A stretch of 63,418 nt of DNA, the filler included. It is 7 parts of 7 records of this genome, joined end to end, with 100 filler letters (N's around TTAATTAATTAA, not from the genome) between each part and the next. Parts side by side here need not be neighbours in the genome. Positions count along the whole stretch, not along the records: positions 1 to 9,822 come from DRR723986_16026; 6 more parts are not named here. One strand, written 5' to 3'. The translations under genes were made by a program, and so were the position numbers. This document shows positions 1 to 9,922 of the stretch, piece after piece (position 1 is the first letter of the stretch; each line of letters starts with the position of its first letter). The notes below the pieces were generated by a model that saw only the letters and a program-made list of their open reading frames with translations, made no database searches and was not told the origin of the DNA.

Positions 1-266
1 AGCACGACCTTGTCGCCGGGCGCGTAGCGGTCATCCTCCGAAGCCTCGACGGTTCCGGCGAAGTCGATGCCCGGCACATGCGGATAGCTGCGCACCAGAC
101 CGCCGCCCGGTCCGATGCAAAGCCCGTCCTTGTAGTTCACCGTCGAGTAATCGACCGCGACCGTGACCTCTCCGGCGGGTAGGTCATCCTCTGTCAGGGG
201 CCGAACGGCGGCAGAGGTCTTGCCGGTCTCGGCGTCCTTCTCGACCAAGAGCGCGTTGAATGTCAT
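1..266 (-). CDS. acuI: Acryloyl-CoA reductase / YhdH-family MDR oxidoreductase, N-terminal part (runs off window start)
   Basis: Not in the ORF track. Manual translation from ATG at 266 (RBS GGGAGAG upstream): MTFNALLVEKDAETGKTSAAVRPLTEDDLPAGEVTVAVDYSTVNYKDGLCIGPGGGLVRSYPHVPGIDFAGTVEAS. The motifs YSTVNYKD and PHVPGIDFAGTV are typical of AcuI/YhdH. Confidence 0.85.
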   Translation of the reverse strand, partial: MTFNALLVEKDAETGKTSAAVRPLTEDDLPAGEVTVAVDYSTVNYKDGLCIGPGGGLVRSYPHVPGIDFAGTVEASEDDRYAPGDKVV

Positions 267-293
267 GTCTGTCTCTCCCTTGAAGTGCGTCTG

Positions 294-812
294 TCAAAGC
301 CATGGCCCGTCGTCCGGCATGAAGACCAGATCGCTGAGGGCGCCGCTGGCCCCCGCCGCCGTCAGCATGGCGTGGATCTGGCCCCTGTGGTGGGTCTGGT
401 GATTGAACATGTGAACGATGCAGAGGCTGAGCGGTTTGGACACCTCGGCCTGCGCCAGCCCCGAGTACCACGTCAGATCGCCGGCAAGCTGCACCGCGCG
501 CAGACGTTCGGCCCAGAGCAGGATCTCTCCGTCGGTGTGATAGCGCGCGATCTCCCAATCGGCCGGGGTCTCGCAAAAGCGGGTGCTGTCGCCGAAAGCG
601 ACAGAGGGCCCGGCCGTTCCGGCGAAGCGCGACAGCCACAGCCGGTCGCCCCAGAGCAGATGGTTCGCGGTCGCCAGAAGCGACCCGAAGAAAGCGCCCC
701 GCTCGGCGCGCAGCGCCGCCTCGTCCAGCGTCGCGAAGGCGGCGATCACCTGCCGGTTCTGCCAGGCGTTGTAGCGCGCCATGGTCACGCAATACTCCAG
801 CGTCACGATCAT
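294..812 (-). CDS. DinB/YfiT family protein
   Basis: Motifs MARYNAWQN, AFFGSLLATANHLLWGD and HMFNHQTHHRGQIHAML are DinB-family. Start trimmed to ATG at 812. Confidence 0.85.
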   Translation of the reverse strand: MIVTLEYCVTMARYNAWQNRQVIAAFATLDEAALRAERGAFFGSLLATANHLLWGDRLWLSRFAGTAGPSVAFGDSTRFCETPADWEIARYHTDGEILLWAERLRAVQLAGDLTWYSGLAQAEVSKPLSLCIVHMFNHQTHHRGQIHAMLTAAGASGALSDLVFMPDDGPWL

Positions 813-1215
813 GCTGCGAACCCCCGCCTTGCCACCCTCATCCGGGTCGAACCTTGCAGAGCGCCGCGGCAAGGGCAAACGCTTTCCGCCGCCCCGCTTG
901 CCCGCCGGATGCATGGCGGCCAGCGACGGGCCGCATGACGGAGAGGGCGCAGAGCCACGGGCCCGGCCTAAGGGGGCCCGGCTTCGGCGCGCAGCCGTAA
1001 TTCACCTGATCGGGGTGCAGGCCCGCCGGAGGCCCGTGGCGCCGGCGCGCGCCGCGGAGCAGTCGGCGGTTCGTGGTCCCGACCCTCCGGGGCGACCGGG
1101 GTCGCGGACTGCGTCGAGGACTGGGGCACGGACGGGGGCACGGACCGCCCCGCCCTTGCAGAGGGTGCCGCGGGCAGGGACCGATCCGGTCCCCGCCCGC
1201 CGCCGCGTCAAGGCA

Positions 1216-4200
1216 TTACAGGATCAGATCCGACGCATCGACCGTGGGCGCGCCAAGGAGATCGACCGAGAAGTCGGACCCGCCGTCGCCGTCCACATCG
1301 ATGTAAAGCCGCCCGATCGCCCCGTTGTAGCGCACCTGCCCGGCAGAGCCGGTGAAGCCCGACACGAAGGACAGCGTGCCCGCGAAACCGGACAGGTCGA
1401 TGGTGTCGACGCCATGGGTGAAGTCGGTGATGACGTCGCGGCCCGTTCCATGCGGGCTGTCCGACACCCCGTCGAAGACGAAGACATCCGCGCCCGCGCC
1501 ACCGCTCAGCAGATCCGATCCGCTGTCGCCGGACAGGGTGTCGTCCCCGTTTCCGCCATACAGCGTATCGTCATCCGAGCCGCCGTTCAGCGCGTCCTCG
1601 CCGTCGTTGCCCACCAGCAGGTCGTCGTCGGCGCTGCCGTAGAGCACATCGTCGTCGTCGCCGCCGCGCAGGGTGTCGTTGCCCTCGTCGCCCCGCATCG
1701 TGTCATCGCCGGACCCGCCGTCCATGAGTTCGTTTCCGGTGCCGCCCAGCAGCGTGTCGTTGCCGGCCTCGCCGCTCATGGTGTCGTGGTTGCCGCCGCC
1801 CTCGAGCAGGTCGTCGTCGTTGCCGCCCGACATCTCGTCCGCGCCGGAACCGCCCAGCAGCGTGTCATCGCCAGAGCCGCCAAAGAGCCGGTCGTCGCCG
1901 GAGCCGCCGTCAAGAAGATCCGCGCCGTCGTTGCCGGAAAGCAGATCCTCGTCCTCGCCGCCATACAGGCGATCGTTGCCGTTGCCGCCGCGCAGGGTGT
2001 CGTCATGCTCGCGCCCGGCGATGACGTCGTGACCGTTGCCGCCGGACATGTAGTCGTGCCCGGTCTCTCCGACCATCGTGTCGTTGCCGTCGTTGCCGTA
2101 CATCTGGTCGTGGTTGCCGCCGCCGTTCATCCGGTCGTGGCCGCCGCCGCCCGCCACGGTATCCGCGCCGGAACCGCCCTCGAGACTGTCGTTGCCGTCC
2201 CCGCCGCTGAGCGTGTCCGAGCCCGCGCCGCCGTAGAGGTCGTCGGCCCCCTCTTCGCCGCGCAGGGTGTCGTCGCCGTTGTTGCCGTACAGCGTGTCGT
2301 TGCCGAGCCCGCCCCGGAGCGAGTCGTCGTCCTCGCCGCCGGCCATCAGGTCCCGTCCGGCACCGCCGTCCATGGTGTCGTCGCCGTCGCGCCCGACCAG
2401 AAGGTTGTCGCCCTCGTTTCCGTAAAGCGCGTTGGCGCCCGCGTCGCCGCGCGCCTTGGCGTCGACGCTGCCCGTCAGCCGGATCGCCTCGAAGGTCCCG
2501 AGGAAGTTGCTGCGCAGGTTCGTCAGATCCGTCGTCACGCGGGTGACGATGGTGTCGAAGTCCGTCCCGGCGCCGCTGCGTTCGTCCACGATATCGCGGG
2601 AATCGACGTGATAGACGTCGTTGCCGGTGCCGCCCTGCAGGATGTCGGCTCCGGACCCGCCGATCAGCGTGTCGTCGCCGCTTTCGCCGAAGAGGCTGTC
2701 ATCGCCGCTGCCGCCATCCAGCAGGTCGTTCCCGCGCCCGCCGGTGACGAGGTCGACATCGCCCTCTCCGAAAAGCCGGTCGTGGCCGCCGTTGCCGTTC
2801 AACGTATCCATGCCGGCGCCGCCGATCAGGGTGTCGTCGCCGATCTCGATGCTCTCGTTCGGCACGTCGAGCGTGACGCTGACCTCGGTGCGGTCATCGT
2901 CGGAGGCAACGAGCGTCACCTCGATGCTGTCGCCCGCGCTGGTCGAGAGACCGTCGATGACCGCATCGTACCGCAGGCCAAGCGGCGTGGAGGCAAAGGC
3001 ATCGCCGTCCACGGTCCGGACAAGGGTGCCGTTGACGCGGATCTCCAGCCGGTCCACCTCGGCCGTCTCGACCGGGGACCCCGCCAGACCGGCGGTGAGC
3101 GTCGACGGCTCGAGCACCCGGACGGCGCTGTCATTGTCGATGCCATCGTCCAGCAGGTCCAGCCTGTCGATGTCGGCCCCGGCGCCAAGGCCGAACGCCT
3201 TGATCGTGGCGTTCAAACCGGATGGATTGGTCAGGAACGCCGTCTCGTCCGAAAAGATCTTGTTGTCAGGGTCGGGCTCTCCGTCAGAGATGAAATAGAC
3301 CACGTTCTGCCCCGCCCCCATGCCACCAAGGGCCGAGATCGCCCCCTGCAGGGCGGCTTCGAAGTTGGTGGCCGAGCGCGTGGTCATGCCCGCAAGCGCG
3401 GCATCGACCTCTCCGGTGACGGTGCCGCTGTAGATCTGGAAGGCGGTGTCCGCGAAACTGACGATGGCCAGATCGGACGACGAGAAGCCTCCGGCGATCA
3501 GGCTGTCGTTCAGGGACTGGAACGCGGCCACGGTGCCGTCGATCAACTGGTTGGCCGAGCCGTTGCCGTTGAGGTCGGGGACCGTCTCGGTGCCCACGAA
3601 CTCCCAGTCCATCGAATAGGAATTGTCGATGACGTAGACGATGTTGTAATCGTCGCCGATCGCCGGAACGCGGTTGATGAGGCCCGAGATCTCGATGCTG
3701 GACCCATCCCCGCTTTCGGGCAGGGTCAGCGTCAGCGCCAGATCCTGTCCGGTTTCGGCGACGGTGACCAGATTGAAGGCGGATTGCGTGACATCCCCGG
3801 CCCCGTCGCCGTCGATGCTGTCATTGCCGTCGCCGCCGGTCACGAGGTCGTCGCCCTCGCCCGCGTCGATGCTGTCATCCCCGCCGTTCGCGATGATGAC
3901 GTCGTCGCCCTCCAGCCCGAGGACCTGCTCGCCGCGGTCGGTGGTGACGAGGATGTCGCCCCCCGCCGTGCCCGAGATCGGCCCGGTGTCGGCGTTCAGG
4001 TGAAAGACCGAGATGGCGTCCGAGTTGAAGGCGCTCACGACCAGCAGGGCCTGACCGTCGATCTCGACCGTGTCCATGTAGGCCGCGCGATCCAGCAGGA
4101 TGTCCGCGCCTTCGCTGTGGAACCGGTCGTCGATCAGCGTCAGGCTGCCATCGCCGCCGACAGAGAAGAGCGACAGCGCGTCGTCGTCGATCCCGGTCGC

Positions 4201-5100
4201 CAGCAGGAAGTGGGCGCCGCCGAACTCCAGCAGCTGGATGTCGAAAACGCCGCTGAGGCCAAGGGCTCCGTTGTCGGAGAGGTTGAAGACATTGGTGAGC
4301 ACCCCGCCCGCCCCGAGGGTGAACACCGAGATGCCATCGTCGTAGCGCCCGCCCACGAAGACATGCGGCACGCCGCCGATCACCGCGGCCTCGACCGAGG
4401 CTGCGCCGTACAGTTCGAGCATGGAGTCGTCGGCCCGCGAACTCAGCAGCGACAGCTGTCCGGCGGAGGACAGGCTGAAGACGGTGATGCCGCTCTCGTC
4501 CTGCCCGACCGCAAAGACATAGGAGGTGCCGCCATGCGACAGGAAGGCGGTATCCCGGACTCCGTCCAGCGTGTAGCCCGGAATGCCCGCATCGTCGACG
4601 TTATAGGTGTTCGTCAGCAGCCCGTCGACGCCGATCCGAAAGACGCTGAGGCCGTTGTCATAGGTGCCGTTGACGATCAGGAACTGGTTGCCGCCGGCGC
4701 TAGCGATGGTCAGCTCTCCGGCGGGGGTGTTCAATTCGTAGGCGGCATCGTCCGCGTCCGTGACCAGCTGCACCGGGTTCAGCAGGCCGTCCTCACCGAT
4801 CTCGAAGACCGTGATCGCGTCGTCGTACTCCCCCGAAGCATACAGGTAAGGCGTGCCCCCGACCACGGTCGAGACAAGGCCATGCACGCCGTACAGTCCC
4901 ATGCCGGCGGCGTCGGGAAGGGTCCCGACCGGAACAAGCGACCCGTCGGCAAAGAGTTCGTGAATGGCGATCAGCCGGTCGTTGAACGAGGCTGTGTAGA
5001 CGAACGTCCGCTCCCCAACCGTGACGATTTCGACGCCGATCGCGCCATCGAGGTAGGTTTCCTGCGCGGAATCGGCAAGGTAAAGTTCGGATAGGGACAT
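1216..5100 (-). CDS. Large RTX Ca2+-binding secreted protein with N-terminal beta-propeller-like repeats and an internal vWA domain
   Basis: 1294 aa. The first ~370 aa hold about seven repeats (e.g. YLYASGEYDDAITVFEIGEDGLL). vWA MIDAS motif YVIDNSYSM plus TNFEAAL and YFISDGEP. Dozens of GGxGxDxL nonapeptides. Serralysin-like C-terminus (GADVFVF...DVITDF...DTIDLS). No signal peptide. Confidence 0.85.
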   Translation of the reverse strand: MSLSELYLADSAQETYLDGAIGVEIVTVGERTFVYTASFNDRLIAIHELFADGSLVPVGTLPDAAGMGLYGVHGLVSTVVGGTPYLYASGEYDDAITVFEIGEDGLLNPVQLVTDADDAAYELNTPAGELTIASAGGNQFLIVNGTYDNGLSVFRIGVDGLLTNTYNVDDAGIPGYTLDGVRDTAFLSHGGTSYVFAVGQDESGITVFSLSSAGQLSLLSSRADDSMLELYGAASVEAAVIGGVPHVFVGGRYDDGISVFTLGAGGVLTNVFNLSDNGALGLSGVFDIQLLEFGGAHFLLATGIDDDALSLFSVGGDGSLTLIDDRFHSEGADILLDRAAYMDTVEIDGQALLVVSAFNSDAISVFHLNADTGPISGTAGGDILVTTDRGEQVLGLEGDDVIIANGGDDSIDAGEGDDLVTGGDGNDSIDGDGAGDVTQSAFNLVTVAETGQDLALTLTLPESGDGSSIEISGLINRVPAIGDDYNIVYVIDNSYSMDWEFVGTETVPDLNGNGSANQLIDGTVAAFQSLNDSLIAGGFSSSDLAIVSFADTAFQIYSGTVTGEVDAALAGMTTRSATNFEAALQGAISALGGMGAGQNVVYFISDGEPDPDNKIFSDETAFLTNPSGLNATIKAFGLGAGADIDRLDLLDDGIDNDSAVRVLEPSTLTAGLAGSPVETAEVDRLEIRVNGTLVRTVDGDAFASTPLGLRYDAVIDGLSTSAGDSIEVTLVASDDDRTEVSVTLDVPNESIEIGDDTLIGGAGMDTLNGNGGHDRLFGEGDVDLVTGGRGNDLLDGGSGDDSLFGESGDDTLIGGSGADILQGGTGNDVYHVDSRDIVDERSGAGTDFDTIVTRVTTDLTNLRSNFLGTFEAIRLTGSVDAKARGDAGANALYGNEGDNLLVGRDGDDTMDGGAGRDLMAGGEDDDSLRGGLGNDTLYGNNGDDTLRGEEGADDLYGGAGSDTLSGGDGNDSLEGGSGADTVAGGGGHDRMNGGGNHDQMYGNDGNDTMVGETGHDYMSGGNGHDVIAGREHDDTLRGGNGNDRLYGGEDEDLLSGNDGADLLDGGSGDDRLFGGSGDDTLLGGSGADEMSGGNDDDLLEGGGNHDTMSGEAGNDTLLGGTGNELMDGGSGDDTMRGDEGNDTLRGGDDDDVLYGSADDDLLVGNDGEDALNGGSDDDTLYGGNGDDTLSGDSGSDLLSGGAGADVFVFDGVSDSPHGTGRDVITDFTHGVDTIDLSGFAGTLSFVSGFTGSAGQVRYNGAIGRLYIDVDGDGGSDFSVDLLGAPTVDASDLIL

Positions 5101-5434
5101 GGTTTACAATCCATCTGGTTAATCACTGGAATTCGCCCAAAGGGCGATACGAGTTTTCCGGATTAAACCGCCCTTGCCAACCCTCACCGTGACAATTTCT
5201 GCCCGGAACGATCTGTTCGCAGATCGGGAGCCATGGATCGCCGCCCCGGACAGGGCCCGGTATCCGGCGGTTGGCGCCACCGTTCGGGGGGGCTTCTTCG
5301 TTTGTTCAAGGCGTTTGGTCAGGCCGTCTGATCCGGGCGCCGTCAATCGCCCGGATGGCCTTGCGACCGCCGCCGCCCGCCCGCGACGGTGCCCTGGATG
5401 GGGCCTCGCGACGGGCGGGCGCCGGCGTGCCGCG

Positions 5435-6214
5435 TCACGGCATCATCTGGCCGCCGTTCACCTCGATGGTCTGGCCGATGATGTAGCCGGACAGCGCATC
5501 CGAGGCGAGGAAGAGGTAGGCGCCGACGCATTCCTCGGCGACGCCGTGGCGGCCCATGGGAATCGTGGCGCGCATGGCCTCCATCTGGGCCTCGCTGGAA
5601 TAGCGCTCGTGGAAGGGCGTGGTGATCACCCCCGGCGCCACGGCGTTCACGCGGATGCCCTCGCCGATCCACTCCTTCGCCATGCCGCGGGTGACATTCG
5701 ACACGAAGGCCTTGGACGACCCGTAGAGCCCGGCCCCGCCGCTGGCACCGTTGCGGGCGGCGATGGAGGTGGTGTTGATGACGAACCCGCCCTGCTTCTT
5801 CAGATGCGGCAGCGCGGCCTTCGTCGCCACGAGGATGGAGCGCGCGTTGAGGTCCATGATGGCGTCGTAATCCGCATCCGTCGCCTCGGCGTAGGGCACG
5901 CGCTTGACCATGCCGCCGGCGTTGTTGATCAGCCCGTCGAGCCCGCCAAGGGCCGTGGCCGCCTCTTCGACCGCCGCCGCCAGCGCCGCGCTGTCAGAAG
6001 CGTCGGCGCGGATCGCCACGGCGACGCCGCCCGCCCCCTCGATGTCCGCCACCACCGCCTCTGCGGCCTCGCGGCTGGAGTTGTAATGCACCGCGACCTT
6101 CGCGCCCTGCGCGCCGAAGGCCCGCGCCAGCGCCGCGCCGATTCCCGTCGAGGCGCCGGTGATCAGCACGCGTTTTCCGGCGAGGTCCGGCAGGGTTCCG
6201 TAATTTACTGTCAA
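5435..6214 (-). CDS. Short-chain dehydrogenase/reductase (SDR)
   Basis: TGASTGIG, NNAG, YGSSK (YxxxK) and IRVNAVAPG motifs. Probable TTG start at 6214 after RBS GAAGGGAGAG. Confidence 0.9.
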   Translation of the reverse strand: MTVNYGTLPDLAGKRVLITGASTGIGAALARAFGAQGAKVAVHYNSSREAAEAVVADIEGAGGVAVAIRADASDSAALAAAVEEAATALGGLDGLINNAGGMVKRVPYAEATDADYDAIMDLNARSILVATKAALPHLKKQGGFVINTTSIAARNGASGGAGLYGSSKAFVSNVTRGMAKEWIGEGIRVNAVAPGVITTPFHERYSSEAQMEAMRATIPMGRHGVAEECVGAYLFLASDALSGYIIGQTIEVNGGQMMP

Positions 6215-6348
6215 GGTCTCTCTCCCTTCGCTGTCCGATGCGGACAGGTATTTCATCGACATGTCAGGCAACTGTTGCACGAAAGACCAAATTGCTTCCA
6301 TACTAGAAAACAGTTCGGCCGGACAAACGCCGGACAAGGGAGGAAATC

Positions 6349-7323
6349 ATGAAGACACTTACTGCCGCGGCGACCTGCGCCGCGCTGCTCGCGGGAACGT
6401 CCGTCAGCGCGACCGAACTGGTCGGCGCCGTCCAGTTCGACGAGAACCACGCCTTTACCAAGGCCCTGCGCGAATTCGAACGCGTGGCCGGTGAATGCTC
6501 TGGCGGATCGCTGACCTTCGACCTGCACCTGAACTCCGAGCTTGGCCTCGAGAAGGATTACTTCGAGAACATGAGCCAGGGCATCGCCGTCGATTACGGC
6601 ATCGTCAGCCCCTCGCACATGTCGACCTTCAGCCAGAAGGCGCCGCTGATGGACATGCCCTTCCTGTTCCGGGATCTCGATCACTGGAACGCGGTGATGG
6701 AGCAGGACGCGCTGGCGCCGCTGGCCGAGGACGTGCTGGAAAAGGCCAACGTCCGCCTGATCGGCTATGCCGGTGGCGGCACGCGCAACCTGATCGTCAA
6801 CAAGCCCGTCACCAACATGGCAGAGCTCGAGGGCCTGCCGATGCGGGTCATGGGCGCGCCGATCCAGACGCGCATCTTCGAGGCGATCAAGGCGGCGCCC
6901 TCGGTCATCGCCTATGACGAGGTCTACAACGCCATCCAGACCGGCGTGATCGACGCCGCCGAGAACGAGGCGGCGGGCATCGAGCAGATGAAGTTCTACG
7001 AGGTCGGCCCCGAGATCGCGCTGACCAAGCACGCCATCACCGTGCGCCCCATCGCCTTCTCGAACGCCACCTTCGAGCGCCTGACCCCCGAAGAGCAGGA
7101 ATGCGTCCTGCAGGCCGGCAAGGCCGGTGGCAAGCTGGGCCGCGACGTCGAAAGCGGTCAGGACAGCGAGAAGCTGATGAAGATGGAAGAGGCGGGCCTG
7201 CTGAAGACCCACGAGTTCACCGAGCGCGACAAGCTTCTGGAACTCGCCGGGCCGGTAAAGGCCGCCTATGCCGAGGAACTGGGCGCGACCGACGTCCTGC
7301 AGTCCATCGAAGCCGTCGAATAA
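6349..7323 (+). CDS. dctP: TRAP transporter substrate-binding protein
   Basis: Signal peptide; MPFLFRD, GLPMRVMG and EVYNAIQTGVIDAAEN motifs; RBS GGAGG. Confidence 0.92.
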   Translation: MKTLTAAATCAALLAGTSVSATELVGAVQFDENHAFTKALREFERVAGECSGGSLTFDLHLNSELGLEKDYFENMSQGIAVDYGIVSPSHMSTFSQKAPLMDMPFLFRDLDHWNAVMEQDALAPLAEDVLEKANVRLIGYAGGGTRNLIVNKPVTNMAELEGLPMRVMGAPIQTRIFEAIKAAPSVIAYDEVYNAIQTGVIDAAENEAAGIEQMKFYEVGPEIALTKHAITVRPIAFSNATFERLTPEEQECVLQAGKAGGKLGRDVESGQDSEKLMKMEEAGLLKTHEFTERDKLLELAGPVKAAYAEELGATDVLQSIEAVE

Positions 7324-7333
7324 CGGCGTCCCC

Positions 7334-7368
7334 GGCCCCGGTGCGTGACGGCACCGGGGCCTTTCTTT
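7334..7368 (+). terminator. Stem-loop with U-rich tail between dctP and dctQ
   Basis: GGCCCCGGTGC (7334-7344) and GCACCGGGGCC (7351-7361) form a perfect stem, followed by TTTCTTT. Confidence 0.55.
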
Positions 7369-7392
7369 GCACAACATCGAGCAGGACGCGCC

Positions 7393-7887
7393 ATGCGCAT
7401 GATTCTGGAAGGCTATTACCGCCTTCTGAAGATACTCCTCACCCTGCTGATGGCGGCGCTGATCGTGCCCGTCACCATGCAGATCCTCAGCCGATACACC
7501 GGCCTCATTCCCCGCTACATCTGGACCGAAGAGATCGCGCGGTTCTGTTTCGTCTGGATCATCCTGATCGGCGCCATGATCGCCGTCCGCGACGGCACGC
7601 ATTTCGACGTGGACGTGCTGCCGCACAGCGACAATCCCAAGGTCGAATTCGCCTCGAAGCTGTTCGTCAACGTGGCGATCCTCGCCATGGCGCTGTCCTT
7701 CCTCTGGTGGGGACGGGATTTCTTCGTGCTGGGCGCGCGGCAGAGGTCCGAGATCTTCGGCCTGCCGATGTGGATGATCTACGTCGCATGGCCCCTTGCG
7801 GGCGGCACATGGGCGGTCTTCGTGACCGAGCGCATCGCCAATGACCTGCGCGCATTGAAGGAAGGAGAGCTTCATGGGGCCGGCTGA
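7393..7887 (+). CDS. dctQ: TRAP transporter small permease
   Basis: About four TM segments; WTEEIARFCFVW and HFDVD motifs; lies between dctP and dctM. Confidence 0.9.
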   Translation: MRMILEGYYRLLKILLTLLMAALIVPVTMQILSRYTGLIPRYIWTEEIARFCFVWIILIGAMIAVRDGTHFDVDVLPHSDNPKVEFASKLFVNVAILAMALSFLWWGRDFFVLGARQRSEIFGLPMWMIYVAWPLAGGTWAVFVTERIANDLRALKEGELHGAG

Positions 7888-9178
7888 AGTTGCAATGCTG
7901 CTGTTCGGAACCTTCGGGGTTCTCGTTTTCCTGCGTGTGCCGGTGGCCTTCGCGCTTGGCCTTGCGGTGGTGCCGGTGTTCTTCATCGACGACCGGCTGA
8001 CGCCCGTGCTGCTGATGCGCGAGATGTTCAAGAGCTACAACGCCTTCGTCCTGCTGGCGGTGCCCTTCTTCCTGCTGGCGGCGAACCTGATGAACTCTGC
8101 CGGGATCACCGACCGGCTGATCCGGCTGGCGCGGGCGCTGGTGGGCCACCTGCCCGGCGGTCTGGGGCATGTTAACGTCGTGGTCTCGATGCTCTTTGCG
8201 GGCATCTCGGGGTCATCCACCGCGGATGCGGCGGGCATCGGGTCGCTGCTGATCCCGCAGATGAAGAAAGAGGGCTACAGTGCGTCCTTCGCGGTGGCGA
8301 TCACCGCCTGTTCCAGCGTCATGGGGGTGATCATCCCACCCTCGATCCTGATGGTGGTCTGGGGCGGGCTGATGTCGGTCTCGATCGGCGGGCTGTTCCT
8401 TGCGGGCGTCGTGCCGGGCGTGCTGGTCGCGCTGTCGCAGATGATCACCGTCTATTTCTACGCCAAGAAATACGGCTACCCGGTGCACGACCGCTCCACC
8501 TTCAAGGAACTCATGAGCGCGGCCGCCGGCGCCTCGCTGGCGCTGATGACCCCGATCATCATCGTCGGCGGCATCGTGGGCGGCTTCTTCACGCCCACCG
8601 AGGCCTCGGTCGTGGCGGTGCTCTACTCGCTGATGCTGGGCCTCTTCGTCTACCGGACCATCTCGTTCCGGCAGTTGCCGCATGTCCTCTACGACAGCGC
8701 CCGCTTCGCGGCGATCACGCTGTTCTGCATCGGCACGGCCTCGGCCTTCGGCTGGTGCCTTGCCTACTTCAAGATCCCCGCCGCGCTGGTCTCGCAAATC
8801 GACGCGCTGGGGCTTGGGCTGATCGGCACCGGGATCATGTGCGCGCTGGCCTTCCTGCTGATCGGCATGTTCATCGACGCGATCCCGGCGATCATCATCC
8901 TGGGCACCGTGCTGTTCCCGGTCACGCAGCACGTCGGGATGCACCCGATCCACTTCGCCATCATCGGGGTGCTGAGCCTCGCCTTCGGGCTGGTGACGCC
9001 CCCCTACGGGCTGTGCCTTCTGATCGCGGCCTCGATCGGGAAGATCCGGCTGATCTCGGCCCTGCGGGACGTGGTGGTGATCCTGCTGCCCATGGTCGTG
9101 GTGCTGCTGATCATCATCCTGCTGCCGGACCTGATCCTTGCGCTTCCGCGCTTGGTCATGCCGACCTTCATCCAGTGA
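7874..9178 (+). CDS. dctM: TRAP transporter large permease
   Basis: LLAVPFFLLAANLM, FAGISGSSTADAA, IIPPSI, FTPTEAS and LVTPPYG motifs. Confidence 0.95.
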   Translation: MGPAEVAMLLFGTFGVLVFLRVPVAFALGLAVVPVFFIDDRLTPVLLMREMFKSYNAFVLLAVPFFLLAANLMNSAGITDRLIRLARALVGHLPGGLGHVNVVVSMLFAGISGSSTADAAGIGSLLIPQMKKEGYSASFAVAITACSSVMGVIIPPSILMVVWGGLMSVSIGGLFLAGVVPGVLVALSQMITVYFYAKKYGYPVHDRSTFKELMSAAAGASLALMTPIIIVGGIVGGFFTPTEASVVAVLYSLMLGLFVYRTISFRQLPHVLYDSARFAAITLFCIGTASAFGWCLAYFKIPAALVSQIDALGLGLIGTGIMCALAFLLIGMFIDAIPAIIILGTVLFPVTQHVGMHPIHFAIIGVLSLAFGLVTPPYGLCLLIAASIGKIRLISALRDVVVILLPMVVVLLIIILLPDLILALPRLVMPTFIQ

Positions 9179-9325
9179 ACCGGCCCCGGGCGGAAGCGCT
9201 GCCTTCCGCCCGGGACGCCTCGTCCGGCGCCCCCGGCGCCCCGGCGGGCGCGGACTCGGCGATGGACCGCCCGCGCCGCCCGCGCAAGTCTTGACACCGG
9301 CGCGCGTCCCATGTCTGGAGAGAGC

Positions 9326-9822
9326 ATGGTCGACCTTAAATCCACTGTCATCAAACCGATGCACCCCGAAGGCCGCCGCTTCGTCGCGATCTTTGCGGGC
9401 CTCGCTCTTCTGCTCTTCCTCCTCTGGGAACCGCTGGGCTGGATCGGCACCGGACTCACCGTCTGGTGCTACTACTTCTTCCGCGATCCGGAACGATTCG
9501 CCCCGGACATGCCCGGCCATGTCTTCTCGGCGGCGGATGGCATCGTCTCGGCCGTCGACATGGCCGCGCCGCCGCCCGAACTGGGCCTCGGCGACGTCCC
9601 GATGCAGCGCGTCAGCGTCTTCATGTCGGTCTTCGACGTCCACGTGAACCGGATGCCGGTCGCCGCAACGGTGCGCCGGATCGCCTATCACCCGGGCCAG
9701 TTCCTGAGCGCCTCTCTGGACAAGGCGAGCGAGGTCAACGAGCGCAACTCGCTGCTGCTCGACCTGCCCGACGGGCGCGAGATGGTGGTGACGCAGATCG
9801 CCGGTCTGGTGGCGCGGCGCAT
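9326..9822 (+). CDS. psd: Phosphatidylserine decarboxylase (short type), truncated by linker
   Basis: [36 protein letters not shown] and [10 protein letters not shown] motifs. Confidence 0.92.
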
Positions 9823-9922
9823 NNNNNNNNNNNNNNNNNNNNNNNNNNNNNNNNNNNNNNNNNNNNTTAATTAATTAANNNNNNNNNNNNNNNNNNNNNN
9901 NNNNNNNNNNNNNNNNNNNNNN
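9823..9922. other. Artificial contig linker 1
   Basis: N-run + TTAATTAATTAA (stops in all six frames) + N-run, 100 nt. Confidence 0.98.

Noticed and set aside
781-5094. 1437-aa plus-strand ORF
   Set aside because: Antisense shadow of the high-GC3 RTX gene; Val/Ala/Arg-rich with no motifs.
6253-9691. Long minus-strand ORFs (592 aa, 492 aa) over the TRAP genes
   Set aside because: Antisense shadows of well-supported dctPQM and psd.
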